This document shows, one piece after another, positions 25,914 to 38,370 of a stretch of 64,000 nt of DNA. Numbering within the stretch: the first letter of the stretch is position 1; each line of letters begins with the position of its first letter. The position numbers were made by a program, and so were the translations under genes. Location of the stretch: contig NC_081377.1 in the NCBI RefSeq assembly GCF_030684315.1, positions 1,922,001 through 1,986,000 of the forward strand. The letters run 5' to 3'. Source of the DNA: Stegostoma tigrinum. Taxonomy: Eukaryota. The notes under the pieces are model-generated. The model worked only from the letters and a program-made list of their open reading frames with translations. It had not been told where the DNA came from and made no database searches.

Positions 25914-27844
25914 ATACACTCCTTGCAGTACTTCTTTTCAACCTCCGGTGGCTGACTCCTTTGGCTCCAAGTTAGGACAGAGTAACTTTCTATTAGTTCT
26001 GTTGTGTGTGAGTTAATAGCTAATTGATTAGTTAAAAATCTGTCTATCTAAGTTTTGAATATACTTAAAAATCAAGCCCTCACAGTCCTCTGCGTTGAAT
26101 ACATGTCAATAAATAAACTTTTTCACATATTCACTATCCTCTGAGGTGAAATTCTTTCCTATCTGTATGTTAAAAGGGCAATCCCTTATTCTAAGATTAT
26201 GCTTCATTATCCTAGATTCTCCCACAATGGAAAACAACTTTTCCATATGTAAGCTGTTAGATCACCTAGGAGGGAGGATCAGCCCCTGACTTTTAAGTAT
26301 GAGAATGAAAAGAATGAATGAATGGACAAACTATGGTATAGAATGCCATCCAAGCAGGCATGAATGAAAAGGAACATAGTACCATTAAGAGGCAGTGTGG
26401 TCAGGGAGTGCGTACTGTTCTCTAAAGTGTGAACTGTAGGTAGAATCAGGAATAATGCACTTCTAAGATAGTCTGTACAGTCACGGCCCAAATCAATGTT
26501 ATCCGAGCAAGATGCCAATTTATATCAGCACAGGTTGAGCAAAGAATGCAAAGTACAGCTCAAGGAGAGGTGTGGGAAGAAGGTGGTTTCAATGTATGAG
26601 GTGCCAACATCAGTATTCATGGATGGATGAGCTATTCAGCTGGGATATGCTCCACTTAACAGTATTCTGGCGAGTCACAGAACTAAAATTGAGGACAGAG
26701 CTTTAAACTAGCAGTAGAGGGGTGAGGGAGTGGAGTGTTGGGAGAATCTGAAATCTGAAAAGCAATAAATATTGTAGTGATGCAATAAAGACAAAGTGAG
26801 GATGACCAAGAACTGAGTTGAACATAACTTGTACATCAGCAAATAAGGTAATTGCAAGAAACAGAGGTTATAAAAAAAATTGAAAGTTGATTGTCTAAAT
26901 GCATGAAGCATCTACAATACCATAGATGAACAAGTGGCACAAATAGACGGAGATCATTTAATCGCCAATTCAAAGACATGGTTGCAAGGTGTTCAATGTC
27001 AGGAAGTATTCTAGTATACAAAATATTTTGGAGATAGCCAGAATAGCAAGTGGAGAGGGGTAGCATTGAAAGTAAGGATGACACAAGAACATCAGTGAGA
27101 AAGTATCTTGTTTGAGAAGATCGTGAAGCAGAATCGGTGTAGGTGGAAATCAAAAAGCATTGTTGCGACATTTATAGACCCCTGCATCAGTAGGACAGAG
27201 TATTAAATTAGAAATCATTGGTGTTTGTAATAAAGGCAATGAATTAACTATGACAGACTTTATCTCCATATGGGTGATGATAACTAAATTGGCAAAAGTT
27301 GTCTAGAATCTTATGGTATTATGACAAGACGTGATGGAAGAATATTTTTAAGACAGATTTCAAAATCAGAAATTGCTGGGAAAACACAGGTCTGGCAGTA
27401 TCTGTGGAGGGAAAACAGAGTTAACATTTCAGATCCAGTGACCCTTCTTCAGTCAAAATACCGCCAGCCCTGCTGAGATTTTCCAGCAGTTTGTAACTGT
27501 TTCAAAGTTTATGGTAACTTGGCATTATGTTCCATAGTGTCAAATAGGCTTTGTTCACAGCACACAAACTCTGTAGAGTCATGGGTTTAAGCTGTTCTCC
27601 AAGACTGTAATCTAGGTTGATGCTCCTTGCTGTTTGTGGGACTTTGCAAAATGCAAATTATTGCGGTATTTGCTTACAAAATAACATTTAACAAACAATC
27701 TTAAAAGTAATATACATTATGTTACTAAGTAGGGTCAAAACTAACTTATATTTAGCACTGTGAAATGAGGCAAGGTTAATTAGTAATGTAATTTTTTTTC
27801 CATACACTGATGGGATAGCGACATCATGCCTGGCCAACTCATTA

Positions 27845-28700
27845 TTGTCCATCCCTAGTTGCCCTTGAGAAGGTGATGGTGAGCTGCCTGCTTGAACAAC
27901 TGCAGCACACATGCTGTGGGTTGATCCACAGTATCCTGAGGACAGGAATTCCAGGATTTTGACCCAGTGACAATGACAGAACAGTGACATACTTCCAAGT
28001 CAGGATGGTGAATAGTTTGGAGGGGATTTTGCAGATGGTGGTGTTCCCATGCATATGCTGCCCTTGTCCTTTGAGATGAAAACGGTTGTGGGTTCAGAAG
28101 GTGCCGTCTAAGGATCTTTAATGAATTTCAGCAGTGCATCTTGTAGATAGTGCACACTGCTGCTATTGAGTGTTGGTGATGGAGGGAGTAGGTCCTTGTG
28201 GATGTGGTGCCAATCAGTGGGCTGCTTTGTCCTGAATGGTGTCAAGATTCTTGAGTGTTGCTGGAAATGTACCCATCCAGATAAGTGGGGAATATTACAT
28301 CACATGCCTGACTTGAGCCTTGTAGATGATGGACATGTTTTGGGGAGTCAGGAAAGTTACTCACGTCAATATTGCCAGCGTCTGACCTGCTCTTGCAGCC
28401 ACTATGTTTATATGTCAAGTTCAGTTGAGTTTCTGGTCAATGGCAACCCTAAGGATATTGATAGTGGAGAATTTGGTGAAGGTAACTCCACTGAAAGTCA
28501 AAGGGCAATGGTTAGATTGTCTCTTACTGGAGATGGTCACTACCACACAAATATGTGGCGCAAATGTTACTTGGCACTTGTCAGCCCAAGCCTGGATATT
28601 GTTCAGATCTTGCATATGAACTTGGGCTGCTTCAGTAATGGAGTGGCAAATGGTGCTGAACATTGTTGACTGAAGATTGCACATGCACATCTCTGACGTA
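27845..28700 (-). mobile_element. LINE family B 3' fragment
   Basis: ORF 28421-28762 (MQDLNNIQAWADKCQVTFAP...INILRVAIDQKLN) matches the plus copy at 52370-52560. Confidence 0.85.
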
Positions 28701-29024
28701 TGATGGAGGCAATAAAACATGCTGTTGGCATCCCTGTGCAAGGTAACCAGCCATTCAGCCAAATGAGCTAACCAACTTCCTTCTTAGTCAGTGTAGTTAA
28801 TTTCCAAGGTTACCATGAAGGGCCATCCTTCACAATCTCATCCCTTGCCTAAGGAATAGTGTCCCTCACACTAAACTCACTGCCAGTTGTCTTTCACTCT
28901 AATGAGAAAGCATCCCTATGGTCCTCTGGAACTACAATGACTTCTTTCCACTAAATGATCCATTGGGAAATAGCAATCACAATACCACTGAATGCAGTGT
29001 TCAGTTTGAATACAATATACTTTT

Positions 29025-29360
29025 ATTTCTTTATTCACAAACAGGATGAGAGCATCGCTGGCTAGGCAGCATTTATTGCTCATCCCTAATAATCCAGAGG
29101 ACAGTTCAGAGTCAACCACATTGCTGTGGGTCTGCAGTCACATGTAGGCCAGACCAGGTAAGGAAAGTAGTTTCCTGCCCTAAAGGACATTAGCAAACCA
29201 GATGAGTCTTTCTGACAATCAGCAACAGATTCATTGTCATCATTAGATTCTTAATTCCAGATATTTTTACTGAATTCAAATTCCACCATCTGCCATGGCG
29301 GGATTCAAACTCAGGTCCCCAGAATATTATCTGGGTCTCTGGATTAACATTCCAGCGATT
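29025..29360 (-). mobile_element. tRNA-derived SINE, family of 61963-62310
   Basis: Reverse-strand homolog including cctggtctggcctacatgtgact core and tail. Confidence 0.85.
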
Positions 29361-29759
29361 CTATCTCAAAATTTCGGAGAGGAAATACTATAGTGGATTT
29401 GATGCTCAAGATCAGCCATGATCATACAGCATGATGCAACAGGATAAGCAGTTCAGACAGTGATCTATCTCCTACGTTTATTTATGTTCTTCTCAAGTAG
29501 CCATGGGTGACAATGAGCAGCTGAGAAACAGTACACCATGAGTTACAACGAAGAACTGTAGCCCTCTGGCCCAGTGCACCAAGAAGTACACTGCACGTCA
29601 AGCCCAGAACATCCAGTGAGCTTCCTCCTGTATCCTGAGCCATTTATAAGTCCTCCTGCAATCCGTATTTAGTAAGCCTGGAACCATATCAAGAGCATCC
29701 AATAATGCAAGGACTTGCTCTGAGCCAGGCACTAGCTGGTGTCAATCAATGCCTGTGTT

Positions 29760-30350
29760 GTTGTGACCGGGGGTGGGTTCGAGGCGCAGGTTGGGTTCCG
29801 GCGGGAAGGTGGGGGCTCTCGCTCAATGGCGGCCTGGCGACTCTGTAAAATGGCCCGTTTCCTCCATCTCCTCCGAAGCCCAAGGATGGCTGGATGGATG
29901 TAAGGCGGGCGGGCAGGCTGCTCAAGGCTCACACCCCGGGCCCAAGGCCCAGGGTCCGGGCCCGCGAACCAATAGCGGCCGAAACCCTCAGACCAATCAA
30001 ACCTCTGACCCGTGTCCACCAATGAGAGCAGCGGCACACCGAGGCGGTGAAAAGATGGCGCCCGAGCGGCGGCGGCACGCAGCCACCTGCCGCCGCTTCT
30101 TACCCTTTCTCCCCGCCGCCCCCGACACAGACCCTACACTCACCCGGCAGCGTGTGAAGTGCCACCCTGTCTTAGCGCCTGCCTGCCCGCCTCGCTTGTC
30201 TCCTTCTCCGCTCGCTACCCCTCCCCCCTCGCACGGAAACAAGATGGCTCCCGCGTTGCTTCAAGGAGACAGAAAGGCGCACCTCGCGATAGTTCGGCGC
30301 CAACTCCCGCTTCTTAAAGGGGCTGCTTCGAATTTCTGCGGGCCAACATT
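29760..30350 (-). promoter_or_regulatory. CpG-island promoter with a candidate non-coding first exon (about 30300 to 30144)
   Basis: Only strongly CpG-rich block in the window; YY1-type aagatggc at ~30053 and ~30241; E2F-like ggcgccaa at ~30296; ctcgcga at ~30283; minus donors cgg|GTGAGT (30144|30143) and agg|GTAAGA (~30103). Confidence 0.75.
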
Positions 30351-32354
30351 AAATGTCTCTTAAGGGGAGTTTTTGACCATAGCACCAGTTTTGGTGGAAT
30401 CTCATATAGAAGGGAGGCCATCATTTAAAATTGTACCATTTAACCTGATTAATGCCCCTAATTTTTTTCAACTAAATTTGTCACTTCATATTTTCGTGCA
30501 TTAAATTTAATCAACTCATTTCACCGTCCTGTGTTCAATCTGTGGTCTGCTACAGTCCTTCCCACGGTTCATTAAATTATTGAACATTGTTATCTGAAAC
30601 TGAACAGGACAGGACCTGGCACTTTAGCCCACCGTATCCGTGCTATTGAAAACAATACGCCGGATAGTGTATATAGAGCAGATCAATGGTCCTAATACTA
30701 ATCATTGGCAAACACCAGCGTGTGCTTGCCATCATAGAATTGTTGCAGCAGAGGAAAGGCCTTTAGGTATCAGTGGCTATCTCAGGAGTTGGGCTGCATT
30801 ATCATCCCATGATAACAATGCTTTGATTTAATTTTGATAAGGCCCCATGTACTTCTGTTGACAATTCAATTTTTATTCTTTTTGTTACAGTGCCCCACCT
30901 GGTGCTGTCTAACTTTTAAACGTTTTATTTGAAAAGAGTAGAAGGAGACCATTCAACCCAGCTTACCTGTGCTTACTTTCAGAATGAGTGATTTGCTTAG
31001 CACTACTCATATGCACTTTCCTTATGGCCCTTGACATTCTTTGTTCGCAGATTATGATCTAATTCTCAAAGTCTAATGGGAGTAGTCCTCATTCAAATTT
31101 TCTTTCTACAGCAGTAGTCCCCGATAACTCAGATTTGACTTTTAGTGGACAGGCCTTCATGAGTGACTTTGGCCTTGCTCCTTAATTGATTTGACTGGGC
31201 AGCTAACTGATGACTGGCCAGATCTCTGAAATCCAGACTCGAAACGTTAGCATGCTGTCTCTCCATGGATGCTGTCTGACCACTGTGATCTCGAGCATTT
31301 GTTGTTTTCAGTATCGATTCCAGCAGCTGCAGTAATTTTTCTCCTACTATCACTGGGATGTTCACTTTATATGCTTGGACCTCAGACAGTAAAATTGACA
31401 AGTTATAGACAATTAACAGATAGACAATTGGATAGGAATATGAAGATGTTCCAATGGTTAGGGCTACCAAGAAGGGAATGTGTACAGTTGAGGATTCACC
31501 ACATGTCCGAAGCTGAGATTGTGACTCATGTATGAAACCGCAACAGCTATTCTCTTCCATCAAGGTACATAGAACAAAAACACAATGGATCTGTATTTGG
31601 CTGTTGCAACAACCCAGCGTGTGGGGTAAGTTTCATTCTATGAATGTGGGGGCTTCATATTTGAGCAATGTGAGGGCTTGCAATGGGCACATGGTATGAG
31701 TGACATTAGGCATTAATCTCTGTGTCATATAGTTCCTGGTCCCAAACACATTTGACCACATTAGATAGCATCAGCAATCAATACCATTAATGTCTGTGAT
31801 GCACAACAATGTATTATTGACTAGAAAGAATGACCCTAGATGCCAGGGTAGCAATTACCTTCCAACTTTCCATAGCCTGCACATGGTGCAGGAGCTGTTA
31901 TTTCACACCTTGGACCATCAAACCAATGCTAAGGATGGTGGACTTTGTACCTTAAATCTTCTAGTTACTGTTAGACAGATATTCACTTGGAAAATAAATG
32001 AAGAAAAGTAAATATATGTTTTCAAATGTGAGAACGTAATTAGAATAAATTTCCACCCGTGCCTTTTGTGTGCCTTCAAAAGGTCCTCGTTTCCCTTACA
32101 TTGCAACAAAGTGCAGTCCCAGTCCAAGCCACCATGCCACCCGACAGTTCTGTGGAATACCATTGTAAACCGCTCTCCATTCGCAAAAACATCTCAGTCC
32201 TAGAGATCTATAAACGGAAAAAGACCCTTCAGCCCACTGAGTCTGTGGCAGTCAACAATCACCAAGTAACTATTCTAATTCCATTTTCCAACAGTTGGCC
32301 ATGGCCTCATGTGTCTCATATGTACAAGTGCAATCTAAATACTTATAAAATGTT

Positions 32355-33167
32355 GAGAGAGGGAGATAATGGGAACTGCAGATGCTGGAGAATCCAAGAT
32401 AACAAAGTGTGAAGCTGGATGAACACAGCAGGCCAAGCAGCATGTCAGGAGCACAAAAGCTGACGTTTCGGGCCCAGACCCTTCTTCGGAGAGGGTTCTG
32501 GAATAAATAGCAAGAGAGAGGGAGGTGACTGAAGATGGAGAGAAAAGAAGATAGGTGGAGAGGAGAGTATAGGTGGGGAGGTAGGGAGGGGATAGGTCAG
32601 TCCAGGGAAGACGGACAGGTCAAGGAGGGAGGATGAGGTTAGTAGGTAGTCGCGAACCATTTTAACTCCCCCTCCCATTCCTTAGACGACATGTCCATCC
32701 TGGGCCTCCTGCAGTGCCACAATGATGCCACCCGAAGGTTGCAGGAACAGCAACTCATATTCTGCTTGGGAACCCTGCAGCCCAATGGTATCAATGTGGA
32801 CTTCACAAGCTTCAAAATCTCCCCCTCCCCCACTGCATCCCAAAACCAGCCCAGCTTGTCCCCGCCTCCCTAACCTGTTCTTCCTCTCACCTCAAGCCAT
32901 ACCTCCATTTCCTACCTACTAACTTCATTCCACCTCCTTGACCTGTCCGTCTTCCCTGGACTGACATATCCCCTCCCTACCTCCCCACCTATACTCTCCT
33001 CTCCACCTATCTTCTTTTCTCTCCATCTTCGGTCCGCCTCCCCCTCTCTCCCTATTTATTCCAGAACCCTCACCCCATCCCCCTCTCTGATGAAGGGTCT
33101 AGGCCCAAAACGTCAGCTTTTGTGCTCCTGAGATGCTGCTTGGCCTGCTGTGTTCGTCCAGCTTCAC
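32355..33167. mobile_element. Neptune-type PLE fold-back insertion (inverted pLTR, GIY-YIG C-terminus, pLTR)
   Basis: ORF 32691-32873 (RRLQEQQLIFCLGTLQPNGINVDF); inverted arms; TSD actta(t/c)aaaatgtt at 32341-32354 and 33168-33181. Confidence 0.9.
33085..33116 (+). ncRNA. Minimal hammerhead ribozyme, probably inactive (G12 to A)
   Basis: CTGATGA-A-GGGT-ctag-GCCC-aAAAC-GTC-AG. Confidence 0.65.
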
Positions 33168-33181
33168 ACTTACAAAATGTT

Positions 33182-33900
33182 ACGAGGTTCACCACCCTTA
33201 CAGGCAGTGAGTTCCAGACTCCTACCATCCACTCAATGAAAATGTTTTTAATCACATATCCTCCAAAGCAAGTGTCCCCTAACTTCAATGTATGCCCCCG
33301 GTCATTGATCCCTCCATCATGGGAAAAGACCCTTTCTGCCTACCCTGTCTTTGCCACTCTCAATTTTGTACATCTCAATCATGTCCCCTCTCAATCTCCT
33401 CTGTTCTAAGGAAAACAACCCTAGCCTGTCCAATCTTTCTTCATTACTGAAGCTCCCCAGCCCAGGCAAAATCCTGGTAAATCTCCTCTGCACTCTTTCC
33501 AGTGCTACCACATCCTGCCTATAATGTAGATTCCAGAACTGCACACAGCTCTCCGGCTATGACCTAACCAACTGTTGACCAAAACCCTTTGTTTCCTGTC
33601 CCTTAGTCAAGTTTGGACCCAACTCACCACACTTCTCTTATCCCATGTGTGTTAATTTTCAAACCGGTCTGCCATGTATGCCTTTGTGAAATGCCTCACT
33701 AAAATCCATGTCGGTACATCCACTGCACTATATTCATCAGAACTCCTTATTCATTCCTCAAAAAAAAATTCAGTTGAAAAGTCACAACCTTCCCTATACT
33801 GACCATCCCTGATTAACCCGTGCCTTTCTCAGTAACAGTTAATGCTTTCACTATCAATTCCAGTAATTCTCCCACTACCATTTCAAACTGTCTATAATCG
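33182..33900 (-). mobile_element. CR1 LINE fragment (its 3' tail lies at ~32200-32354, split by the PLE)
   Basis: ORF 33317-33544 (VQRRFTRILPGLGSFSNEERLDRLGLFSLEQRRLRGD). Confidence 0.85.
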
Positions 33901-34452
33901 TTTTGAGTATACTCACACCCTTTTAGAAAAACATTCATGGATCTCAAATCTTCTGTTAGTTTGCTTTTATTTTTGTATTAATGAATTCAATGACAAAGCA
34001 GGTGCTTTAGTCACCCGAGAATCATTAATTAAGTATTAATGAGTGCACTCAAAGAATTACACAAGTTATAGAGTCATAGAGCCCTATAGCATGGAAACAG
34101 ACTCTTTGATCCAATGCACCCATGCAGTCCAAACATCTCAATCTCACCTGGTTCCATTTGCCAGCATTTGACCCATAGCCCTCTAAACCCTTCCTACTCA
34201 TATACCCATCCAGATGCCCTATAAATGCAGCTCATTCCATACAGGCACTACCCTCTGCATGAAAAAGTTATGCCTTAGGCCCTTTTTAAATATTTCCCCT
34301 CTTACCTAAAACCTATGTCCTCTAGTTTTGAACTCCCCCACCCTAGGAAAAAGACCTATCCATGCTCCTCATGATTTTATAAACCTCTATAAGGTCAACC
34401 CTCAGTTTCTGGTGCTCTGGGAAAAAGCCCCAGCCTACTCAACCTCTCAACC

Positions 34453-36127
34453 ACTGCCCAGTTTATGTCCTGTACACAAAAGCAGGTTCCAGCCCATCAC
34501 AATCCTATCAGCCAACTCTTGATCATCAGTTAGACATGGAAGGTGTCATCATAAGTAAGATCAAGCAGCACCTGCTCAGTAATAGTAACCTCAGTTTTTG
34601 CAGGTCAATCATCTCATCTCCAAGACAATACTGCAGGGATTCTTCAGAGTCGTGTCCTAGGCCTGAACATCCTTAACTGCTTCATCAATGACCTTTCACT
34701 CCATCAGAAGAGGGATATAGCTCAAACCCTTCAGTCTTGGCAAGATCTTTGTAAATCTTTGCTGCACCTTCTCAAGTTTAACATCACCCTTCCTATTGAA
34801 AGGTGACCAGAATTGTACGCACTATTCCAAAAGTGGCCTCACCAATGAACTGTAGAGCTGCAACATGACATCTCAACTTCTACGCTCGATGTTATTAGGG
34901 TGAGTGTCTGCTGTGTAAATGTTGTGTGCCTAACTCTGGGTGAGAACGTCCAAGTTAAAGTACCATTCGCAATAAAGTTGTGTCATAATGTGTCCAGACA
35001 GGTCAATTAAAAATCAGGTGCTTGTACTAACACAGTATCAACACTTCATCAGAAGGTGGACACCTCTGGTACAACCAGAAAATTGGTGTACAAAACAAAT
35101 GTTATTTGTTGATTCACAAAGAGGTTATTTTAGCTATTGATTAGAAATCAGAAAAATACACATGTTTGAATCTGTATAGTGTCTTCCACAAGCCCAGGTT
35201 GCTGCAGTGGTGTAATGTTGTGCCCTTCCTGAAGGTGGGTTTGGTAGAGCTGGGGTCATTCTTTTGGATGGGAAGTGGTAGGTGGCTCTCCTGCTGCTAT
35301 TCTTACCTCACCACCCCATTTACCTAGTTCAGTTCATTAACCTAATGACGGTTTCTGTGCAGGCTGCAGGGCTAGGAATTCCTGAATAAGGCATTCAGTG
35401 TTTCGTTGAGGGGCCCAACATTAGGAAGGGGAGAAATGGACAGCTGGAATAAATTTCTCTGGCCTTACTGTTGACATTCTCACCCTAAGACCCTAATACC
35501 TTGATTATCCACCCTCACCCACCGTACCCTAGCTTCTTCCTCAGTACTCTCAGATGGGTGCAGTGTTAGCAGTGGCCACTGCCTATTGAATGGAAACACT
35601 GAGTACAAAAGTGCTGCCATCCTCCAGCTGGCTGGAAGCTGTCAGTAGGTGGAACTTCATATCCACCATCCCCCACACCGCACCCACCCACCCAGACAAG
35701 TGTCTTTGCTCCTGGCCCTTTTCGATGCCTGACACAAGATGTCGTAAGCTTTCCTGAAAAGAGGCCATGTGTGGCATTTGAACATGGACTTTCAAATTTT
35801 GAGTTGCAAATGGCACTAAACATTGTACATTCATCAAGGAACATTCCCAATGCCCCCACACACTCCCCTCTTCTGATGGAGTGAAAGGTCATTGATGAAG
35901 CAGTTAAGGATGTTCAGGCCTAGGACACGACTCTGAAGAATCCCTGCAGTATTGTCTTGGAGATGAGATGATTGACCTGCAAAAACTGAGGTTACTATTA
36001 CTGAGCAGGTGCTGCTTGATCTTACTTATGATGACACCTTCCATGTCTAACTGATGATCAAGAGTTGGCTGATAGGATTGTGATGGGCTGGAACCTGCTT
36101 TTGTGTACAGGACATAAACTGGGCAGT
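34453..36127. repeat. 262-bp inverted duplication (34453-34714 / 35866-36127)
   Basis: No mismatch seen on inspection; the left copy interrupts a CR1 fragment (34065-34890). Confidence 0.95.
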
Positions 36128-36135
36128 TTTCAACA

Positions 36136-37445
36136 ATCCCTCTTTCATAGCCCCACCCCTTCCTCTGTTACATCTATGACTGTATCGGACCTGCCTCATG
36201 CTCCCATGAGGAGCTCAAACAGTTCATCCACTTCTCCAACACCTTCCACCCCAACCTTAAGTTCACTTGAACCATCTCTAATACCTCTGTCTCCTTCCTG
36301 GACCTCTCTGTTTCCATCTCTGGCAGCCACCTGGAAACCGATATCCATTTCAAGCTCACCGATTCCCACAGCTACCTAGAATACACCTCCTCCCACCCAC
36401 CTTCCTGCAAAAATGCCAACCCCTATGCCCAATTCCTTTGCGTCCGCCGCATCTGCTTCCAATATGAGGCATTCCACTCCCAAACATCTCAATGTCCTCG
36501 TTTTTCAAGGACTGCAACTTCACCCCCCTCAGTGGTCGAGAATACCCTCGACCGTGTCTCTCGCATTTCCCGCAACTCATCCCTCACACTCCCTCCCCGC
36601 AATAAAAACCAAAACAGAATCCCCCTCATCCTCACATACCACCCCACCAACCTCCAGATCCAACGCATCATCCTCCAACACTTCCGCCATCTGCAATCAG
36701 ACCCCACCACCAAAGACATTTTTCCCTCCCCACCCTTACCTGCTTCCTGGAGGGACCACTCTCTCCGTAACTCCCTTGTCAGCTCCACACTCCCCTCCAG
36801 CCCCACCACCCCCGGCACTTTTCCCTGCAACCACAGGAAGTGCTACACTTGTCCCTACACCTCTCCCCTCACCCACATCCCAGGCCCCAGGAAGAATTTC
36901 CACATCAAGCAGATGTTCACTTGCACATCTGCTAACGTGGTATACTGTATCCGCTGTTCCCGTTGTGGCCTCCTTAATGTGGGCTTCACAAGCTTCAAAA
37001 TCTCCCCTCCCCCGACCGCATCCCAAAACCAGCCCAGCTTGTCCCTGCCTCCCTATCCTATCCTTCCTCCCACCTATCCCCTCCTCCCACCTCAAGCACC
37101 ACTCCCAACTCCTACCTACTAACCTCATCCTGTCCATCCTCCCTGGACTGACCTTTCTTCTCCCTAACTCCCCACCTACACTCACTTTTACTGGCTCCAT
37201 CCCCACCTCTTTGACCTGTGTCTCCTCTCCACCTATCTTCTCCTTTATCCAGCTTCTATCTGCCTCCCCCTCTCTCCTTATGTATTTCAGAATCCCCTTC
37301 CCCTGCCCCATTTCCGAAGAAGGGTCTAGGCCCGAAACGACAGTTTTCCTGCACCTCTGATGCTGCTTGGCCTGCTGTGTTCATCCAGCTCTACACCTTG
37401 TTATCTCAGATTCTCCAGCATCTGCAGTTCCTACTATCTCTGAAA
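36136..37445 (+). mobile_element. 5'-truncated Neptune-type PLE (RT C-terminus/thumb, Cys-rich linker, internally deleted GIY-YIG, pLTR)
   Basis: FHPNLKFT..SVSFLDL..HSYLEYTSSHP, PCNHRKCYTC, VVYCIRCSRCGL; the YIG core is deleted at ~36975; TSD cagttttcaaca at 36124-36135 and 37446-37457; degenerate hammerhead at 37314-37343. Confidence 0.92.
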
Positions 37446-37457
37446 CAGTTTTCAACA

Positions 37458-38370
37458 TTGTCAAGTAGTTGCTGGTGCTATAACCTGTACTGGAACAGCT
37501 TGACCCAGCATGTTCTGGAGCACAAGTCTTCCGTCCTATTACCAGAATGTTGTCAGGGCTCATAACCTTTGCAGTATTCAGTGCCTCCAACTGTTTCTTA
37601 ATTTCACATGGACTGAATCAAATTGGCTAAAGAACGGTATCTGTAATGCTGGAGACTATTGGAGGAGGCACCGATGGATCATCCCGTAAATACTTCTGGC
37701 TGAAGATTGCTGCAAATGCTTCAGAGTTAACTTTTTTCAGTGATGTGCTGAGCTCTTCCATTATTGAGGATAGGGATATTTGTGGAGTCTACTCCTCCAG
37801 TGAGTTGTTTAATTGGCCGCTAGCATTCATGACTGAATGTGGCAGTACTGCAGAGCTTAGATCTGATTCATTGGTGTGGGATCACTTAGCTCTGTTTATC
37901 GCTTGCTGCTTATGCTGTTTGGCGTGCAAGAAGTCCTGTTTAGTAAATTGATGGTAATGGTTAAGTGGGGGATATTGCCAGGCCATGAGGCTGTGGATTG
38001 TTTTGGATTCTGTTGAATTTGGATTTTGTTAATTGCCCAAAGTGCTTCATGGATGCACAATCTTGAGTTGCTAGATGTGTTTAAAGTCTGTCCCATTTAA
38101 CATGGTGATAGTGTCTCACAGCACAATGTAAGGTCTTAGCTGTGTGAAGGCAGGACTTTGTCTCAACGAGAACTTATGGTGGTCGTTCTTACTGATACTG
38201 TCATGGACAGATACAACTGCAGTCAGCAGATTGGTGAGGATTAGGTCGAGAACGATTTTCCCTTATTTTGGTTCCCTCAGCACCTGCCGCCGACCCTGTC
38301 TTGCAACTATGTCCTTTAGGACTCAACCAACTCGATCAGTAGTGCTGTGCTGAGCCACTCTTGGTGGTGG
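37458..38370 (-). mobile_element. LINE family B fragment, contiguous with 35870-36135 before the PLE insertion
   Basis: ORF 37381-37590 (LEALNTAKVMSPDNILVI..KTCAPE) matches 51377-51607. Confidence 0.8.

Larger units (their letters stand above)
25365..27688. repeat. Inverted duplication 25365-25678 / 27361-27688 (flank plus family-B fold-back element)
   Basis: Base-by-base reverse-complement match with few substitutions and one ~15-bp indel. Confidence 0.9.

Noticed and set aside
29773-30363. 196-aa plus ORF and overlapping minus ORFs
   Set aside because: Stop-poor GC-rich CpG-island sequence, non-ATG start, no recognisable domain
36413-37360. 315-aa Pro/Ser-rich ORF
   Set aside because: Off-frame reading of a C-rich Penelope element; the real frame is 36532-37122 and upstream fragments
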